Below are positions 1 to 9,756 of a stretch of 64,000 nucleotides of DNA, one piece after another. The DNA comes from Dehalococcoidia bacterium (GTDB taxonomy: Bacteria; Chloroflexota; Dehalococcoidia; Dehalococcoidales; UBA2162), in assembly GCA_011191975.1 (NCBI GenBank), contig DUFA01000115.1, positions 3,765-67,764 of the forward strand, in the 5' to 3' direction. Made by a program: the position numbers and the translations under genes. The notes beneath the pieces are model-generated. The model saw nothing but the letters and a program-made list of their open reading frames with translations. It ran no database searches and had not been told where the DNA came from. Position 1 is the first letter of the stretch, and each line of letters begins with the position of its first letter.

Positions 1-292
1 CGCCGGTATTAGTAGCATTTCTTTGCAAGACTACTAGGTTAGCCGGTGGATTCTTCTCTTTGATAACTTGCAGGGCATCCGGATTAGTGTCTATCGCGTA
101 GACTTTCCCGGTACTTCCGACCTTTTCAGCCAGCGGTATTGACAGCGTTCCGGCGCCGCAGCCAAGATCCACGCATACCATCCCTTGAGAGACTCCTGTT
201 TTTTCGATTATTTCATCAACCTTCAGCCATTCGGCGCGTCTGTCGCTGCCAAGTATTCTTGCCCGGTTTTTCGGGTTATCGTATGCTTCCAT
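1..292 (-). CDS. Class I SAM-dependent methyltransferase, N-terminal part (gene runs off left edge)
   Basis: Hand translation of the minus strand from ATG at 292..290 gives MEAYDNPKNRARILGSDRRAEWLKVDEIIEKTGVSQGMVCVDLGCGAGTLSIPLAEKVGSTGKVYAIDTNPDAL... It carries SAM-binding motif I (VDLGCGAG). It is absent from the ORF track because it is truncated. Confidence 0.7.
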   Translation of the reverse strand, partial: MEAYDNPKNRARILGSDRRAEWLKVDEIIEKTGVSQGMVCVDLGCGAGTLSIPLAEKVGSTGKVYAIDTNPDALQVIKEKNPPANLVVLQRNATNTG

Positions 293-448
293 TTTTCTCT
301 TTCTATCCTGATTATTCAGGAAAATCTGGTGATTCGTCGTTTTCCTTAAAAATCACTGAAATTTGTGTAAAATAGCGGTCTTTTCAGGTTACTATGAGGA
401 TTTATACCTGAAAACTGTTTCAGGGGGCTAATTTTCGATTTTAGTGCG

Positions 449-1621
449 TCATTTTTCAAGGTTTCCGACAGGAGCTGATTTTACCAATAAAAACTGACCG
501 ATTTTCTCCATCAGACCGGTCAATCCCCATTTTTTTTCAGCGGATACCATAACCGAATCCTCATTTTCAGGCAAATCTCTGCCGGACAGGAAATCCATGG
601 CAGCTTTCTCATTCCAGTCCCTGTTATTATCCAGCATAAGATCTATTTTATTAAGAACAGTTATCCTCGGTTTACCTGACAACTCCAGTGATTCCAGGAT
701 TTCCTCAACTGCCTGACATTGTTCAGCGGCATCCGGTGATGAAAGGTCTACAATGTGCAATAAGAGATCGGCTTCATCCAGTTCTTCCAATGTTGCCCTG
801 AAAGCTGCCACGATTGCTGGCGGAAGTTTTCTTATGAAACCAACCGTATCCGTCATAAGTATCAGTCTGTTGTCCGGAAGTGCAAGCCGCCTGGTGGTCG
901 GATCAAGGGTTACAAACAGTTTATCATCGGCAACTATATCAGATTTACTCAATGTGTTCAGCAAAGTACTTTTTCCGGCATTGGTATATCCAACCAGTGC
1001 TACAATTGGTATACCGCTTTTACTTCTTTTCCTGCGGTGTATCATCCGCTGTTTTCTTACCTGTTCTATCTGTGATTTCAAACGGCTGATTTTTTTTTGG
1101 ATAATACGCCGATCCGTTTCAAGCTGTGATTCGCCGGGACCTCTTGTTCCGATACCTCCGCCAAGCCTTTCAAGGTGACTCCACTGTCCGGCAAGGCGAG
1201 GAGAAAGATACTGGTGCTGAGCCAATTCGACCTGCAGTTGTCCTTCCCGGGTTCGGGCTCTTTTCGCGAAGATGTCAAGGATAAGGGCAACACGGTCAAG
1301 CACTTTGACGCCAAAGGCGTCTTCAAGGTTCCGCTGCTGCAGAGGTGACAATTCATCGTCGAAAATTACTACGTTATAATTCGTGGTTTCTTTCTCAGCA
1401 ATTAACTCTGTCAGTTTTCCTTCACCGACATAGTAGGACTTGGATGGAACCGGCAGACGCTGTATCATGGTTCCGACAACTCTGGCGCCAGCCGTACCGG
1501 CGAGACGTGAAAGTTCGTCCATCGAATTCTCTGCTACCGATCTGCTGCTGTTTCTCGTGGCAAGTCCTACAAGGAACGCCCGTTCATCCAGTTCTTTTGT
1601 GATATCTATACCTTTTTTCAT
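449..1621 (-). CDS. hflX: GTPase HflX
   Basis: 390-aa ORF with the HflX-type N-terminal domain and G motifs GYTNAGKST, DTVGF and NKID. Confidence 0.9.
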   Translation of the reverse strand: MKKGIDITKELDERAFLVGLATRNSSRSVAENSMDELSRLAGTAGARVVGTMIQRLPVPSKSYYVGEGKLTELIAEKETTNYNVVIFDDELSPLQQRNLEDAFGVKVLDRVALILDIFAKRARTREGQLQVELAQHQYLSPRLAGQWSHLERLGGGIGTRGPGESQLETDRRIIQKKISRLKSQIEQVRKQRMIHRRKRSKSGIPIVALVGYTNAGKSTLLNTLSKSDIVADDKLFVTLDPTTRRLALPDNRLILMTDTVGFIRKLPPAIVAAFRATLEELDEADLLLHIVDLSSPDAAEQCQAVEEILESLELSGKPRITVLNKIDLMLDNNRDWNEKAAMDFLSGRDLPENEDSVMVSAEKKWGLTGLMEKIGQFLLVKSAPVGNLEK

Positions 1622-1635
1622 TCGACCTCTTTATG

Positions 1636-2826
1636 TTAAGTTCTTTTTGCCTTAAATTTTGTTTTCTGATCCCGCCAGCCCGCCATTTTTGAAAGTCCTT
1701 TCACCAGACCGGCGTCCGGTATTGTCAGGGAAAGTCGGACATATCCTTCCCCACTGGGACCGAAACCAGTGCCGGGTGTCACCAGCACTCCCACCTGTTC
1801 CAGCAGGTCTTCGGCAAATTCAGCAGAGGTATATCCTTCTGGTACCTTGGCCCAGACATAAAGCGTTGCTTTCGGAGGTTTGGCTTCTATACCGATGTCG
1901 TTAAGCATTTCTACCACCAGGTCACGCCGTCGCTGGTATATGTAATTGTGCTCTTCGATACAATCCTGTGGTCCTCTCAATGCCTCGATCGCCGCGTACT
2001 GTATTGCCTGAGGTATACCCGAGTCCATGTTGGATTTCAACGTCCTGAGAGCTTTTATCATCTCTGCATTCCCTACCACCATTCCGATACGCCAGCCGGT
2101 CATATTATATGTTTTTGAAAACGAATGGAATTCCACTCCCACCTCCCTGGCTCCATCCACCTGCATGAAACTCATAGCCTGGTAGTTATCATAGGCAACT
2201 TCGGTGTATGGAGTATCGTGACATACTGGAATACTATATTTTCCTGCTAATTCCACCACTTTCCTGTAAAATGATGTATCAGCCACCGCTCCGGTAGGCA
2301 TATTCGGATAATTCAGCCACATTAGTTTTGCTTTTTTCAGGATATCTCCTGGTATGCTGTTCAGGTCAGGCAGGAAACCGTTCTTTTCCCTCAGCGGCAT
2401 ATAATAGGATTCACCCCCGGCAAGCATCGTACCGATCGAGTACACGGGGTATCCGGGATCAGGTACAAGGGCGACGTCACCCGGATCGATAAAACAGAAA
2501 GTGATATGCGCTATTCCTTCTTTCGCCCCGATAATAGGAAGGACTTCAGTATCAGGATCAAGTATCACATCGAACCGTGTTTTGTACCACTCCGCGATTG
2601 CTTTATGCAGTTCAGGTAAACCTGCCGATTCAGGATAGCGGTGGTTTTCCGGATTCTGTGCTTCACGACAGAGCCGGTCAATAATGTGCGAAGGAGTAGG
2701 AAGATCCGGATCTCCGATGGCAAAACTGATTACTTCCTCACCCTTCGCCCTCTTTTCGGCTGCTTTCTTTAATATATCAACGAACAAATATGGCGGCAGA
2801 TTTACTATCCTTTTCGCTACTTTCAT
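1636..2826 (-). CDS. dapL: Class I/II PLP aminotransferase, probable LL-diaminopimelate aminotransferase
   Basis: The ORF-track start at 2904 overlaps dapF. The ATG at 2826 gives MKVAKRIVNLPPYLF... The PLP-lysine context SFSKTYNMTGWR is present, and the gene lies directly downstream of dapF. Confidence 0.65.
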   Translation of the reverse strand: MKVAKRIVNLPPYLFVDILKKAAEKRAKGEEVISFAIGDPDLPTPSHIIDRLCREAQNPENHRYPESAGLPELHKAIAEWYKTRFDVILDPDTEVLPIIGAKEGIAHITFCFIDPGDVALVPDPGYPVYSIGTMLAGGESYYMPLREKNGFLPDLNSIPGDILKKAKLMWLNYPNMPTGAVADTSFYRKVVELAGKYSIPVCHDTPYTEVAYDNYQAMSFMQVDGAREVGVEFHSFSKTYNMTGWRIGMVVGNAEMIKALRTLKSNMDSGIPQAIQYAAIEALRGPQDCIEEHNYIYQRRRDLVVEMLNDIGIEAKPPKATLYVWAKVPEGYTSAEFAEDLLEQVGVLVTPGTGFGPSGEGYVRLSLTIPDAGLVKGLSKMAGWRDQKTKFKAKRT

Positions 2827-2836
2827 CTTAACTTCC

Positions 2837-3688
2837 TTAAACCTCCCATATTCCGGTGTATACCTTTTTAGCCGGACCGCTAAGGTAAACCTCACCCAGG
2901 CCATCCCATTCGGCTTTCAGTATTCCTCCGGGTAATCGAACAGTTACTTTGTTTCCTGTATAGTCATGCATTATAGCAGTGACAGCAATAGCGCAGGCGC
3001 CACTTCCACAGGCAAGAGTCTCTCCGACACCCCTTTCCCATACCCGGGCTTCTATATTATTTCTGTCCAGTACTCGCGCTACTTCAAAATTTATGCCTTC
3101 CGGAAATATTTCATTACCGGTAATTTCAGGTCCGATATCGGATAAGGGGAAATCTGTAATCTGATTATCAGTAAAATATATCGTATGTGGATTACCCATC
3201 GATACCAGATTCAGCCTGAAATCGTTCCCTGCGACAGCAATATTACACGCCAATAATTGTTTTATGTCAACTTCACACTGTCCTGATTGTACCGGTATAT
3301 CATCTTCGTCGAACACAGGTTTCCCCATACTTACCTGAATTTCAAATGATTCATCTTTATTTACCAACCGTTTTGCTTCCCTGATGCCTGTAATGGTTTC
3401 AACCCGTATCTTACCGGTCTTTCCTGCCTTGCTACCTCGATCGAGATAATACTTGACCATACACCTCAGACCGTTTCCACACATTTCTGATTCGGAGCCG
3501 TCAGCGTTGAATATTCTCATTTTAAAGTCGGCAATATCCGACGGCATCAGGAGAAGCAGACCGTCCGCTCCTATACCGTAATGCCGGTCACACATGACCT
3601 TCGACGCAGCTGTCCAGTCAAACTCCATATCCGCTGTCTCAATCAGGATGAAATCATTGCCGGCACCCTGCATTTTAATAAATTCCAC
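2837..3688 (-). CDS. dapF: Diaminopimelate epimerase
   Basis: Starts MEFIKMQGAGNDFILIE; both catalytic Cys contexts are present (MCGNGLRC and ACGSGACA). Confidence 0.9.
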   Translation of the reverse strand: MEFIKMQGAGNDFILIETADMEFDWTAASKVMCDRHYGIGADGLLLLMPSDIADFKMRIFNADGSESEMCGNGLRCMVKYYLDRGSKAGKTGKIRVETITGIREAKRLVNKDESFEIQVSMGKPVFDEDDIPVQSGQCEVDIKQLLACNIAVAGNDFRLNLVSMGNPHTIYFTDNQITDFPLSDIGPEITGNEIFPEGINFEVARVLDRNNIEARVWERGVGETLACGSGACAIAVTAIMHDYTGNKVTVRLPGGILKAEWDGLGEVYLSGPAKKVYTGIWEV

Positions 3689-3802
3689 CGCGATTAGATC
3701 TCCCCTGCCCTATTATTTGTTTGCCTTTCATTTTACCATACCGGTAAAATGAGAATATTAAACGTTAACTTGACTCTGCCCGAAACTTCAGGGATACGTT
3801 AA

Positions 3803-5023
3803 TTGTCCAATATTATCAATGAAGCTGCTTCTGAACCTTATCAGAAAAAATACCGATGGGTAGTCCTGGCTGCCGTCTGGTTGCTGTATGCTTCATTCGG
3901 ACTCTGCATGCGATCGCTTCCCCCTATTGTCACGCCGGTACTCAGAGACCTTAATATGAGATACAGCGAAATGGGTTTCATAATGGGAAGCTGGCAGCTT
4001 GTATATATCCCTGTAGCCGTATTTGCCGGTTTTGCGATCGATAAATGGGGAATTAGGAAATCTCTCTTTATTGGAGCATTGATAATAAGTTTATCTGAAG
4101 GGCTTCGCTACTATGCTACCGGATTTATAACTCTCCTGCCGCTGGTGGCATTGTTCGGGATTGGCGGTCCCCTCATTTCTATCGGTGCACCCAAAGTAGT
4201 TTCGTCCTGGTTCAAAGGAAATGATCGTGCTACTGCGGTAGGTATCTACACCACTGCCCCCTGGATAGGCGGGCTTTTTTCAATCGCAGCCACGAACAGT
4301 ATCATCATGCCACTCACCGGGGGAAGCTGGCGGTTAACCTTGCTTTACTATGGTATTTTAACACTGGTTTTTGCGTTTATATGGGGAATATTTGCACGTG
4401 ATTCCGGTGAGGGAGGAGCTACTTCCGGGGCATCTCTGAAGGAATCATTCATCTCTCTGGTGAAAATTCGAAACGTCAGGATAGTACTAGTAGCTGGTTT
4501 ACTTACGTTGTTCATTGAACACGGTTTTTCTCACTGGTTGCCGAAGATGCTTGAAAATAGAGGTTTCACTCCTGAAGACGCCGGATTTCTGGCAGCCGTT
4601 CCACTTGCTGCTGCAATTCCGACAGTGCTTCTATTACCAAGGTTCATACCGGGACGTTCAAGAGGACGATACGTAGCCATTCTGTCGGTCTTGATGTCAG
4701 CAGGATTATTACTCTCTTATATCGCACCTTCCTGGGTACGTACACTTGGTCTTGTAGTATATGGTATCAGTGCTCCTTCCTTACTCCCTCTGTTAATGCT
4801 TGTCATCATGGAACAACCACAGGTAGGGACGAAATACATGGGGCTGGCTGGTGGTATGTTCTTCTGCGTTGCTGAGGTAGGAGGATTTACCGGTCCACTG
4901 CTTATGGGTGGGCTGGTTGATTTCACCGATTCGTTCCTGTCGGGAATCATCTTTTTTTCGGTTACAGGGATTCTGCTGGGGCTGGTAATCCTGATGGTTC
5001 GGGAAAACAAAGCTTTTGAATAA
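3803..5023 (+). CDS. MFS transporter
   Basis: 406-aa polytopic hydrophobic ORF with MFS-like repeat organisation and a TTG start. Substrate unknown. Confidence 0.7.
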   Translation: MSNIINEAASEPYQKKYRWVVLAAVWLLYASFGLCMRSLPPIVTPVLRDLNMRYSEMGFIMGSWQLVYIPVAVFAGFAIDKWGIRKSLFIGALIISLSEGLRYYATGFITLLPLVALFGIGGPLISIGAPKVVSSWFKGNDRATAVGIYTTAPWIGGLFSIAATNSIIMPLTGGSWRLTLLYYGILTLVFAFIWGIFARDSGEGGATSGASLKESFISLVKIRNVRIVLVAGLLTLFIEHGFSHWLPKMLENRGFTPEDAGFLAAVPLAAAIPTVLLLPRFIPGRSRGRYVAILSVLMSAGLLLSYIAPSWVRTLGLVVYGISAPSLLPLLMLVIMEQPQVGTKYMGLAGGMFFCVAEVGGFTGPLLMGGLVDFTDSFLSGIIFFSVTGILLGLVILMVRENKAFE

Positions 5024-5080
5024 TCTCGGTCAGGTTTGTGATTTTCCTCTATATGGAGTATAAATATAGAGAGGAATATT

Positions 5081-6133
5081 ATGAAAAACGGAGTACTGGA
5101 ACACTACAAAGAATACCTTCCCGTTACGCCTGATACTCCCATGTTCACAATCGGTGAAGGAAATACTCCCCTTATCAGAGCTGCGAATCTTGAAAAGGAT
5201 ATTGGCTGCAAGGAGTTATACCTCAAATTTGAGGGATGCAACCCTACCGGCTCGTTCAAAGATCGTGGCATGGTCGTTGCCATAGCCAAAGCCATAGAAG
5301 AAGGTAGCAAGGCAGTCATCTGCGCTTCTACCGGTAATACCAGCGCTTCAGCAGCTGCTTATGCGGCATACTGCAACCTAAGTGCCATCATCATTGTTCC
5401 ACAGGGCAACATCGCCCTTGGCAAACTTGCCCAGGCGATCGTCTATAAAGCGAAAATAATAGCTCTTGATGGAAACTTCGACCAGGCTCTCAATATGGTG
5501 AGAAGTATTACTGAAAAACACCCGGTGACCCTTGTAAATTCTCTCAATCCGAACCGAATAGAAGGTCAAAAAACTGCAGCTTTCGAGATAGTGGATGTAC
5601 TTGGTGATGCGCCGGATTACCTTTTTATACCAGTGGGAAATGCCGGAAATATCACCGCTTATTGGAAGGGATTCAAGGAATACCATGAGGCAGGGAAAGC
5701 TGGCCATAGACCGATAATGATGGGTTTCCAGGCAGAAGGGGCAGCACCTATAGTGCTGGGACACCCGGTCGAAAAACCGGAGACCGTTGCTACTGCGATT
5801 AGGATAGGCAATCCAGCTAGCTGGGAAAAGGCAGTTGCAGCAAGGGATGAATCTGATGGAATCATCGATATAGTCACTGATGATGAAATTCTTTCCGCGC
5901 AAAAACTTATGGCATCCAAATGTGGTATCTTTGCCGAACCCGCTTCAGCAGCTTCGTTGGCCGGCCTCATAAAGATGTCAGCACAGGGCAAGGACTTTTC
6001 ATCAAAGAAAATTGTCTGCGTGGTAACCGGTCACGGTCTCAAGGATACCGATATCGTACTGAAATCGTCCGAACCTTTCCTTGAACTTCCGGCTGATCTG
6101 GCTGCTATCGAAAAAGGCATAGGCCTGGTCTAG
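5081..6133 (+). CDS. thrC: Threonine synthase
   Basis: 350 aa with the PLP-lysine motif [10 protein letters not shown] and overall ThrC-like sequence. Confidence 0.9.
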   Translation: MKNGVLEHYKEYLPVTPDTPMFTIGEGNTPLIRAANLEKDIGCKELYLKFEGCNPTGSFKDRGMVVAIAKAIEEGSKAVICASTGNTSASAAAYAAYCNLSAIIIVPQGNIALGKLAQAIVYKAKIIALDGNFDQALNMVRSITEKHPVTLVNSLNPNRIEGQKTAAFEIVDVLGDAPDYLFIPVGNAGNITAYWKGFKEYHEAGKAGHRPIMMGFQAEGAAPIVLGHPVEKPETVATAIRIGNPASWEKAVAARDESDGIIDIVTDDEILSAQKLMASKCGIFAEPASAASLAGLIKMSAQGKDFSSKKIVCVVTGHGLKDTDIVLKSSEPFLELPADLAAIEKGIGLV

Positions 6134-6212
6134 AAATCTTCACGTATATTCCGTTTCGGTTTTCAGTTTTCAGAGTGCTGCTACTCATTTTTATATTAGT
6201 TGGGATTTTTTA

Positions 6213-7436
6213 ATGCTTAAACGTATATACTACGGCTGGATAGTAGTAGTAATTAGCTTTTTCGTTATTTCGATGAATGCCATTGCCCTGTTCGGTTTTG
6301 GTGTCTTCATCAAACCACTGACCGATCAATTCGGTTGGGAAAGAGGCGAATTATCCAGTGTATTCTCGATTGCTGTCCTTATTGGCGGGATTCTGTCAGT
6401 CGTCAGCGGTAGGCTGAGTAATCGTGTAAGTCCGCGGATATTTATGACCATTGCAGGGCTCTCTCTCGGAACGGGATTTATGCTGACATCAATAGTCACT
6501 GAATTATGGCAACTCTATCTTTCGTTTGGTGTGCCGATAGGAATCACCATAGCCTGTTCGGTTATCCCGGTAAACGCAACTATACCCAGATGGTTTTCAA
6601 AAAGAAGAGGGATAGCGATGGCTATCCCGGCAGCTGGTTTCAGCCTTGGCGGAGTTGTCGGGCCTTTACTGATTGAGAGTCTCATATCCAGTTCCGGATG
6701 GCAGCATACCTTTATTATCCTCGGAATTTTACCATTTGCCATCACGGTACCGCTCGCCCAATTTGTGAAACGCCCACCTGAAGAAACTGAACTACCTGTA
6801 AAATCAGTATCTGAAAAAAACGACCAACCTGAGAAATCAGGTTCAGACGGATTTTCTATAAAGAAGGATGTTTTGCTGAATAAATGGTTCTGGCCGTTTG
6901 CGTGTATTCAATTTGCTTTTGGTTTCAGCACACAAATGATAATCGTTCATCTTACACCTTATGGTATTGATGTCGGATTGGAACCGATAGTTGCTGCCGG
7001 AATTCTTTCCTTCAGTTCTGCTATTGGAATCCTGGCTACTGTTATTATCGGCCCACTGGCTGATAAAATAAAACCAGCAAAATTACAAACAATCGATTTC
7101 ACGTTACTTACCATATCACTAATAATTCTTATATTTGCCAGGACTGCCCCGGTGTTTTATGTTTTTGCGTTCGTGTTTGGATTCGCTCGCCAGGGTGCTG
7201 GTCTTTTACAATCGTTAACGGGAGTTGAGATTCTGGGGGTAAAGAATTTCGGATTTTATATCGGTACTTTTCTCCTTTTCGGTACTACCGGTGGGATGGT
7301 CGGCACACCAGTAGCCGGATTTATTTTCGATGCCACGGGCCGTTACACGACCGCTTTCTGGATGGGAGTTGCAGCCGGATGTCTGGCTATTTTTACCACT
7401 AGTCTGTTATTGCGTCACAAAACGCCGAAAATATGA
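6213..7436 (+). CDS. MFS transporter
   Basis: 407-aa polytopic ORF with two six-helix halves separated by a charged loop. Confidence 0.7.
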   Translation: MLKRIYYGWIVVVISFFVISMNAIALFGFGVFIKPLTDQFGWERGELSSVFSIAVLIGGILSVVSGRLSNRVSPRIFMTIAGLSLGTGFMLTSIVTELWQLYLSFGVPIGITIACSVIPVNATIPRWFSKRRGIAMAIPAAGFSLGGVVGPLLIESLISSSGWQHTFIILGILPFAITVPLAQFVKRPPEETELPVKSVSEKNDQPEKSGSDGFSIKKDVLLNKWFWPFACIQFAFGFSTQMIIVHLTPYGIDVGLEPIVAAGILSFSSAIGILATVIIGPLADKIKPAKLQTIDFTLLTISLIILIFARTAPVFYVFAFVFGFARQGAGLLQSLTGVEILGVKNFGFYIGTFLLFGTTGGMVGTPVAGFIFDATGRYTTAFWMGVAAGCLAIFTTSLLLRHKTPKI

Positions 7437-7479
7437 TAAGATTTTATATGTATTATGAATCCTGGACGGGAGGATAAAA

Positions 7480-8046
7480 TTGCTTGACGCTGAAGCCATA
7501 AAGGAAGCTGTAATATCTGTGATAAAGGCAATAGGTGATGATCCTGAAAGAGAAGGCCTTGCAGGAACCCCGGGACGTGTAGCTGATATGTATGCTGAGT
7601 TATTTATGGGCATGGATATCGATCCCAAGTCAGTACTGTCTGTCGAGTTTGAAGAAGGTCACAGAGAAATGGTGATATTCAGGGACATACCTTTCTATTC
7701 AATGTGCGAACATCACCTGCTCCCCTTTTATGGTACAGCTCACGTAGGATATATTCCTAACGAAAAAGGTCGAGTCGTCGGTGCTAGCAAAATTGCCCGA
7801 GTAGTCGAGATTGTCGCCAGGCGTCCTCAGTTACAGGAACGGATGACAAGCCAGATAGCAGACGCTATTAATGAGGGGATAAATCCTTCCGGTGTGGGTG
7901 TCGTGATCCAGGCAGAACACCTGTGCATGATGATGCGGGGTATTAGAAAACCCGGCAGTTCTATGCAAACATCCGCTCTGCGAGGTACATTCCGAAGCAA
8001 ACCATCTACACGGGCGGAGTTCATGTCCCTCCTTAGTAATAGATAA
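7480..8046 (+). CDS. folE: GTP cyclohydrolase I
   Basis: 188 aa with the CEHHLLPF core motif. TTG start preceded by a GGGAGGA Shine-Dalgarno. Confidence 0.9.
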   Translation: MLDAEAIKEAVISVIKAIGDDPEREGLAGTPGRVADMYAELFMGMDIDPKSVLSVEFEEGHREMVIFRDIPFYSMCEHHLLPFYGTAHVGYIPNEKGRVVGASKIARVVEIVARRPQLQERMTSQIADAINEGINPSGVGVVIQAEHLCMMMRGIRKPGSSMQTSALRGTFRSKPSTRAEFMSLLSNR

Positions 8047-8073
8047 AAAAGATAGCCCACTTTCATGAGCTAT
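8043..8073 (-). terminator. Intrinsic terminator closing the mini-gene pair (may also serve folE on the plus strand)
   Basis: Minus strand reads ATAGCTCA-TGAAAG-TGGGCTAT (8-bp stem with one G-U) followed by CTTTTTTAT. Confidence 0.55.
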
Positions 8074-8121
8074 ACATCTCTCTTTTAATTTATTTCGGTT
8101 TGGTATTCCGGCAATGAAATC

Positions 8122-8265
8122 TTAGTCAGAAGATGGGATTGTCCTTGGCTCCTGAACCTCCATATCTTTGCCACAGCAGGTCATAACGCCTTCACCGGCT
8201 TTGACACAAAGTATTTCCGTGCCGCAAACTTGACATTTATATCTTTTTCCAAGTTGACTTGCCAC
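8122..8265 (-). CDS. Desulforedoxin-like small metal-binding protein (47 aa)
   Basis: Hand translation from a GTG start: (M)ASQLGKRYKCQVCGTEILCVKAGEGVMTCCGKDMEVQEPRTIPSSD*. It has the CxxC...CC Cys pattern and an AAGGAGG Shine-Dalgarno upstream. It is below the ORF-track size cutoff. Confidence 0.65.
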   Translation of the reverse strand: MASQLGKRYKCQVCGTEILCVKAGEGVMTCCGKDMEVQEPRTIPSSD

Positions 8266-8287
8266 TAAACGGGTACCTCCTTGAACT

Positions 8288-8407
8288 CTATTTCTTCTGT
8301 TCCATCGGCTGGCCGCAGCAATTTACCGTGCCATCACCTGCTCTCGTAACGATGAATTCAGCGCCGCATTTCGCGCACGCATACCTTTTACCTATCTCGT
8401 TAGCCAT
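8288..8407 (-). CDS. Desulforedoxin-like small metal-binding protein (39 aa)
   Basis: Hand translation: MANEIGKRYACAKCGAEFIVTRAGDGTVNCCGQPMEQKK*. It has the same CxxC...CC pattern and an AAGGTGA Shine-Dalgarno upstream. Confidence 0.7.
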   Translation of the reverse strand: MANEIGKRYACAKCGAEFIVTRAGDGTVNCCGQPMEQKK

Positions 8408-8465
8408 ATCTTCACCTTTTAGCTTAATGTATCCGTAATCTCACCCGACTACTGAAATCAACGTT

Positions 8466-8495
8466 ATTATAAGACGCATATCTGACGACTGTCAA
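8466..8495 (-). promoter_or_regulatory. Sigma70-like promoter for the mini-gene pair
   Basis: Minus strand has TTGACA (8495..8490), an 18-nt spacer, then TATAAT (8471..8466). Confidence 0.5.
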
Positions 8496-8501
8496 GAAAA
8501 T

Positions 8502-8918
8502 CTACTCTCCCATTGTCTGTAGAATAACCTGCCTGGAGCGTGGCCTGTTATCGAAATCTAAAAGGATTATCTGCTGCCAGGTACCGAGAATCAGTCTCTT
8601 ATCGACGAAAGGAACGACCAGCGAAGGACCCAGTAACGACGCTCGTACATGTGAATGTCCGTTTCTATCTCCCCAGGCACGATCGTGTTCATATTTCATT
8701 CCCTTCGGGATGATTCTCTCGAACATCTCGGAGAAGTCTGACACCACTCCCGGTTCGTATTCAATGGTAGTCAGACCTGCAGTCGATCCGCTAACAAATA
8801 CTGTTACTATGCCGCTGTTAATATCATTTGCATCAATTTCCTTTTGAATTCGAGAAGTAATGTCGACAGCATCACCGTTACCCTCTGTCTGAAGAGATAT
8901 TCTTGACGTAATTACCAT
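8502..8918 (-). CDS. yjbQ: YjbQ/UPF0047 family protein (secondary thiamine-phosphate synthase family)
   Basis: 138 aa; characteristic ...GHSHVRASLLGPS...GTWQQI... region. Confidence 0.8.
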   Translation of the reverse strand: MVITSRISLQTEGNGDAVDITSRIQKEIDANDINSGIVTVFVSGSTAGLTTIEYEPGVVSDFSEMFERIIPKGMKYEHDRAWGDRNGHSHVRASLLGPSLVVPFVDKRLILGTWQQIILLDFDNRPRSRQVILQTMGE

Positions 8919-8942
8919 CTGAACCTCCTAAAACCTTTACGT

Positions 8943-9755
8943 CTATCGCCACCGTATAATTATCGATTCACGCTGGAATAATCTTACAGCGATACGCAAT
9001 ACAAGGAGATCAATAAGGCATAACACAATTCCCATTACAACGATAATCAACGGAGTAAACCAGATAACCCCGGTCATCTGTACGGCGATTAAAATGAAGA
9101 TAGGGAAAATGATAAACAGTACCATATTCTGAGCACTCCGATGATCTCTGGCTCGTGATGAGCCTATTATCCCGAGAAGGAAGCTGAGAAAAGCGACCGC
9201 CGGTGAAATCAGGAAAAAATTTACCGCCCATACTATATTGATATAGTGTCCTATAAGGTATCCCCAGCCCAGGATATACACTCCTACCAAGGCAAGCGCC
9301 GCGCATATCCATGTAATTATCATAGCTGGCAGAAATCCCGCCATTGCTTTGCCGAACAGCAGTTCCCAGGTTTTTACCGGTGTAGCCAGTAAAGGTTCAA
9401 GACTGTTCGATACCTTTTCTTCAACAATCCCGTACGCCCCAGCATAGATGGCGACCATTGTCGGTATCAGTAGTGTAAAAAAGTTGAGCTGGGTCAGGAG
9501 TAGCAACCTGACACGGTCGAGATCCGGCAGGTCCACAGCTCCGGGATAGCTGGTAACGAGTTTGTCCAGCGTTCCGGCAAAAAATGCATTACCAGCCATG
9601 GCTTCACCGCCGATCATCGCAACGAGCCAGATAGCTACCATAGCTTCAGCGAGTATTATGAGTGGAACGAGCGTAAAGAGCATAATCGTAGTAGGCTCGC
9701 TGGCTAGGACTTTCCATTCGTTGCGTAAGACATTTTTTATACGTTCTATTGTCAT
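8943..9755 (-). CDS. ABC-2 type transporter permease
   Basis: 270-aa, roughly six-TM protein abutting the ATPase gene with a 1-nt gap. Confidence 0.7.
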   Translation of the reverse strand: MTIERIKNVLRNEWKVLASEPTTIMLFTLVPLIILAEAMVAIWLVAMIGGEAMAGNAFFAGTLDKLVTSYPGAVDLPDLDRVRLLLLTQLNFFTLLIPTMVAIYAGAYGIVEEKVSNSLEPLLATPVKTWELLFGKAMAGFLPAMIITWICAALALVGVYILGWGYLIGHYINIVWAVNFFLISPAVAFLSFLLGIIGSSRARDHRSAQNMVLFIIFPIFILIAVQMTGVIWFTPLIIVVMGIVLCLIDLLVLRIAVRLFQRESIIIRWR

Positions 9756-9756
9756 G

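Noticed and set aside
2827-2904. ORF-track start of the aminotransferase at 2904, overlapping dapF by 68 nt.
   Set aside because: The internal ATG at 2826 gives the family-typical N-terminus and removes the overlap.
3730-3750. 8-bp inverted repeat ATTTTACC-ATACC-GGTAAAAT in the divergent dapF / MFS promoter region, as a possible operator.
   Set aside because: It is short and AT-rich and could arise by chance in an AT-rich spacer. There is no second copy and no linked regulator.
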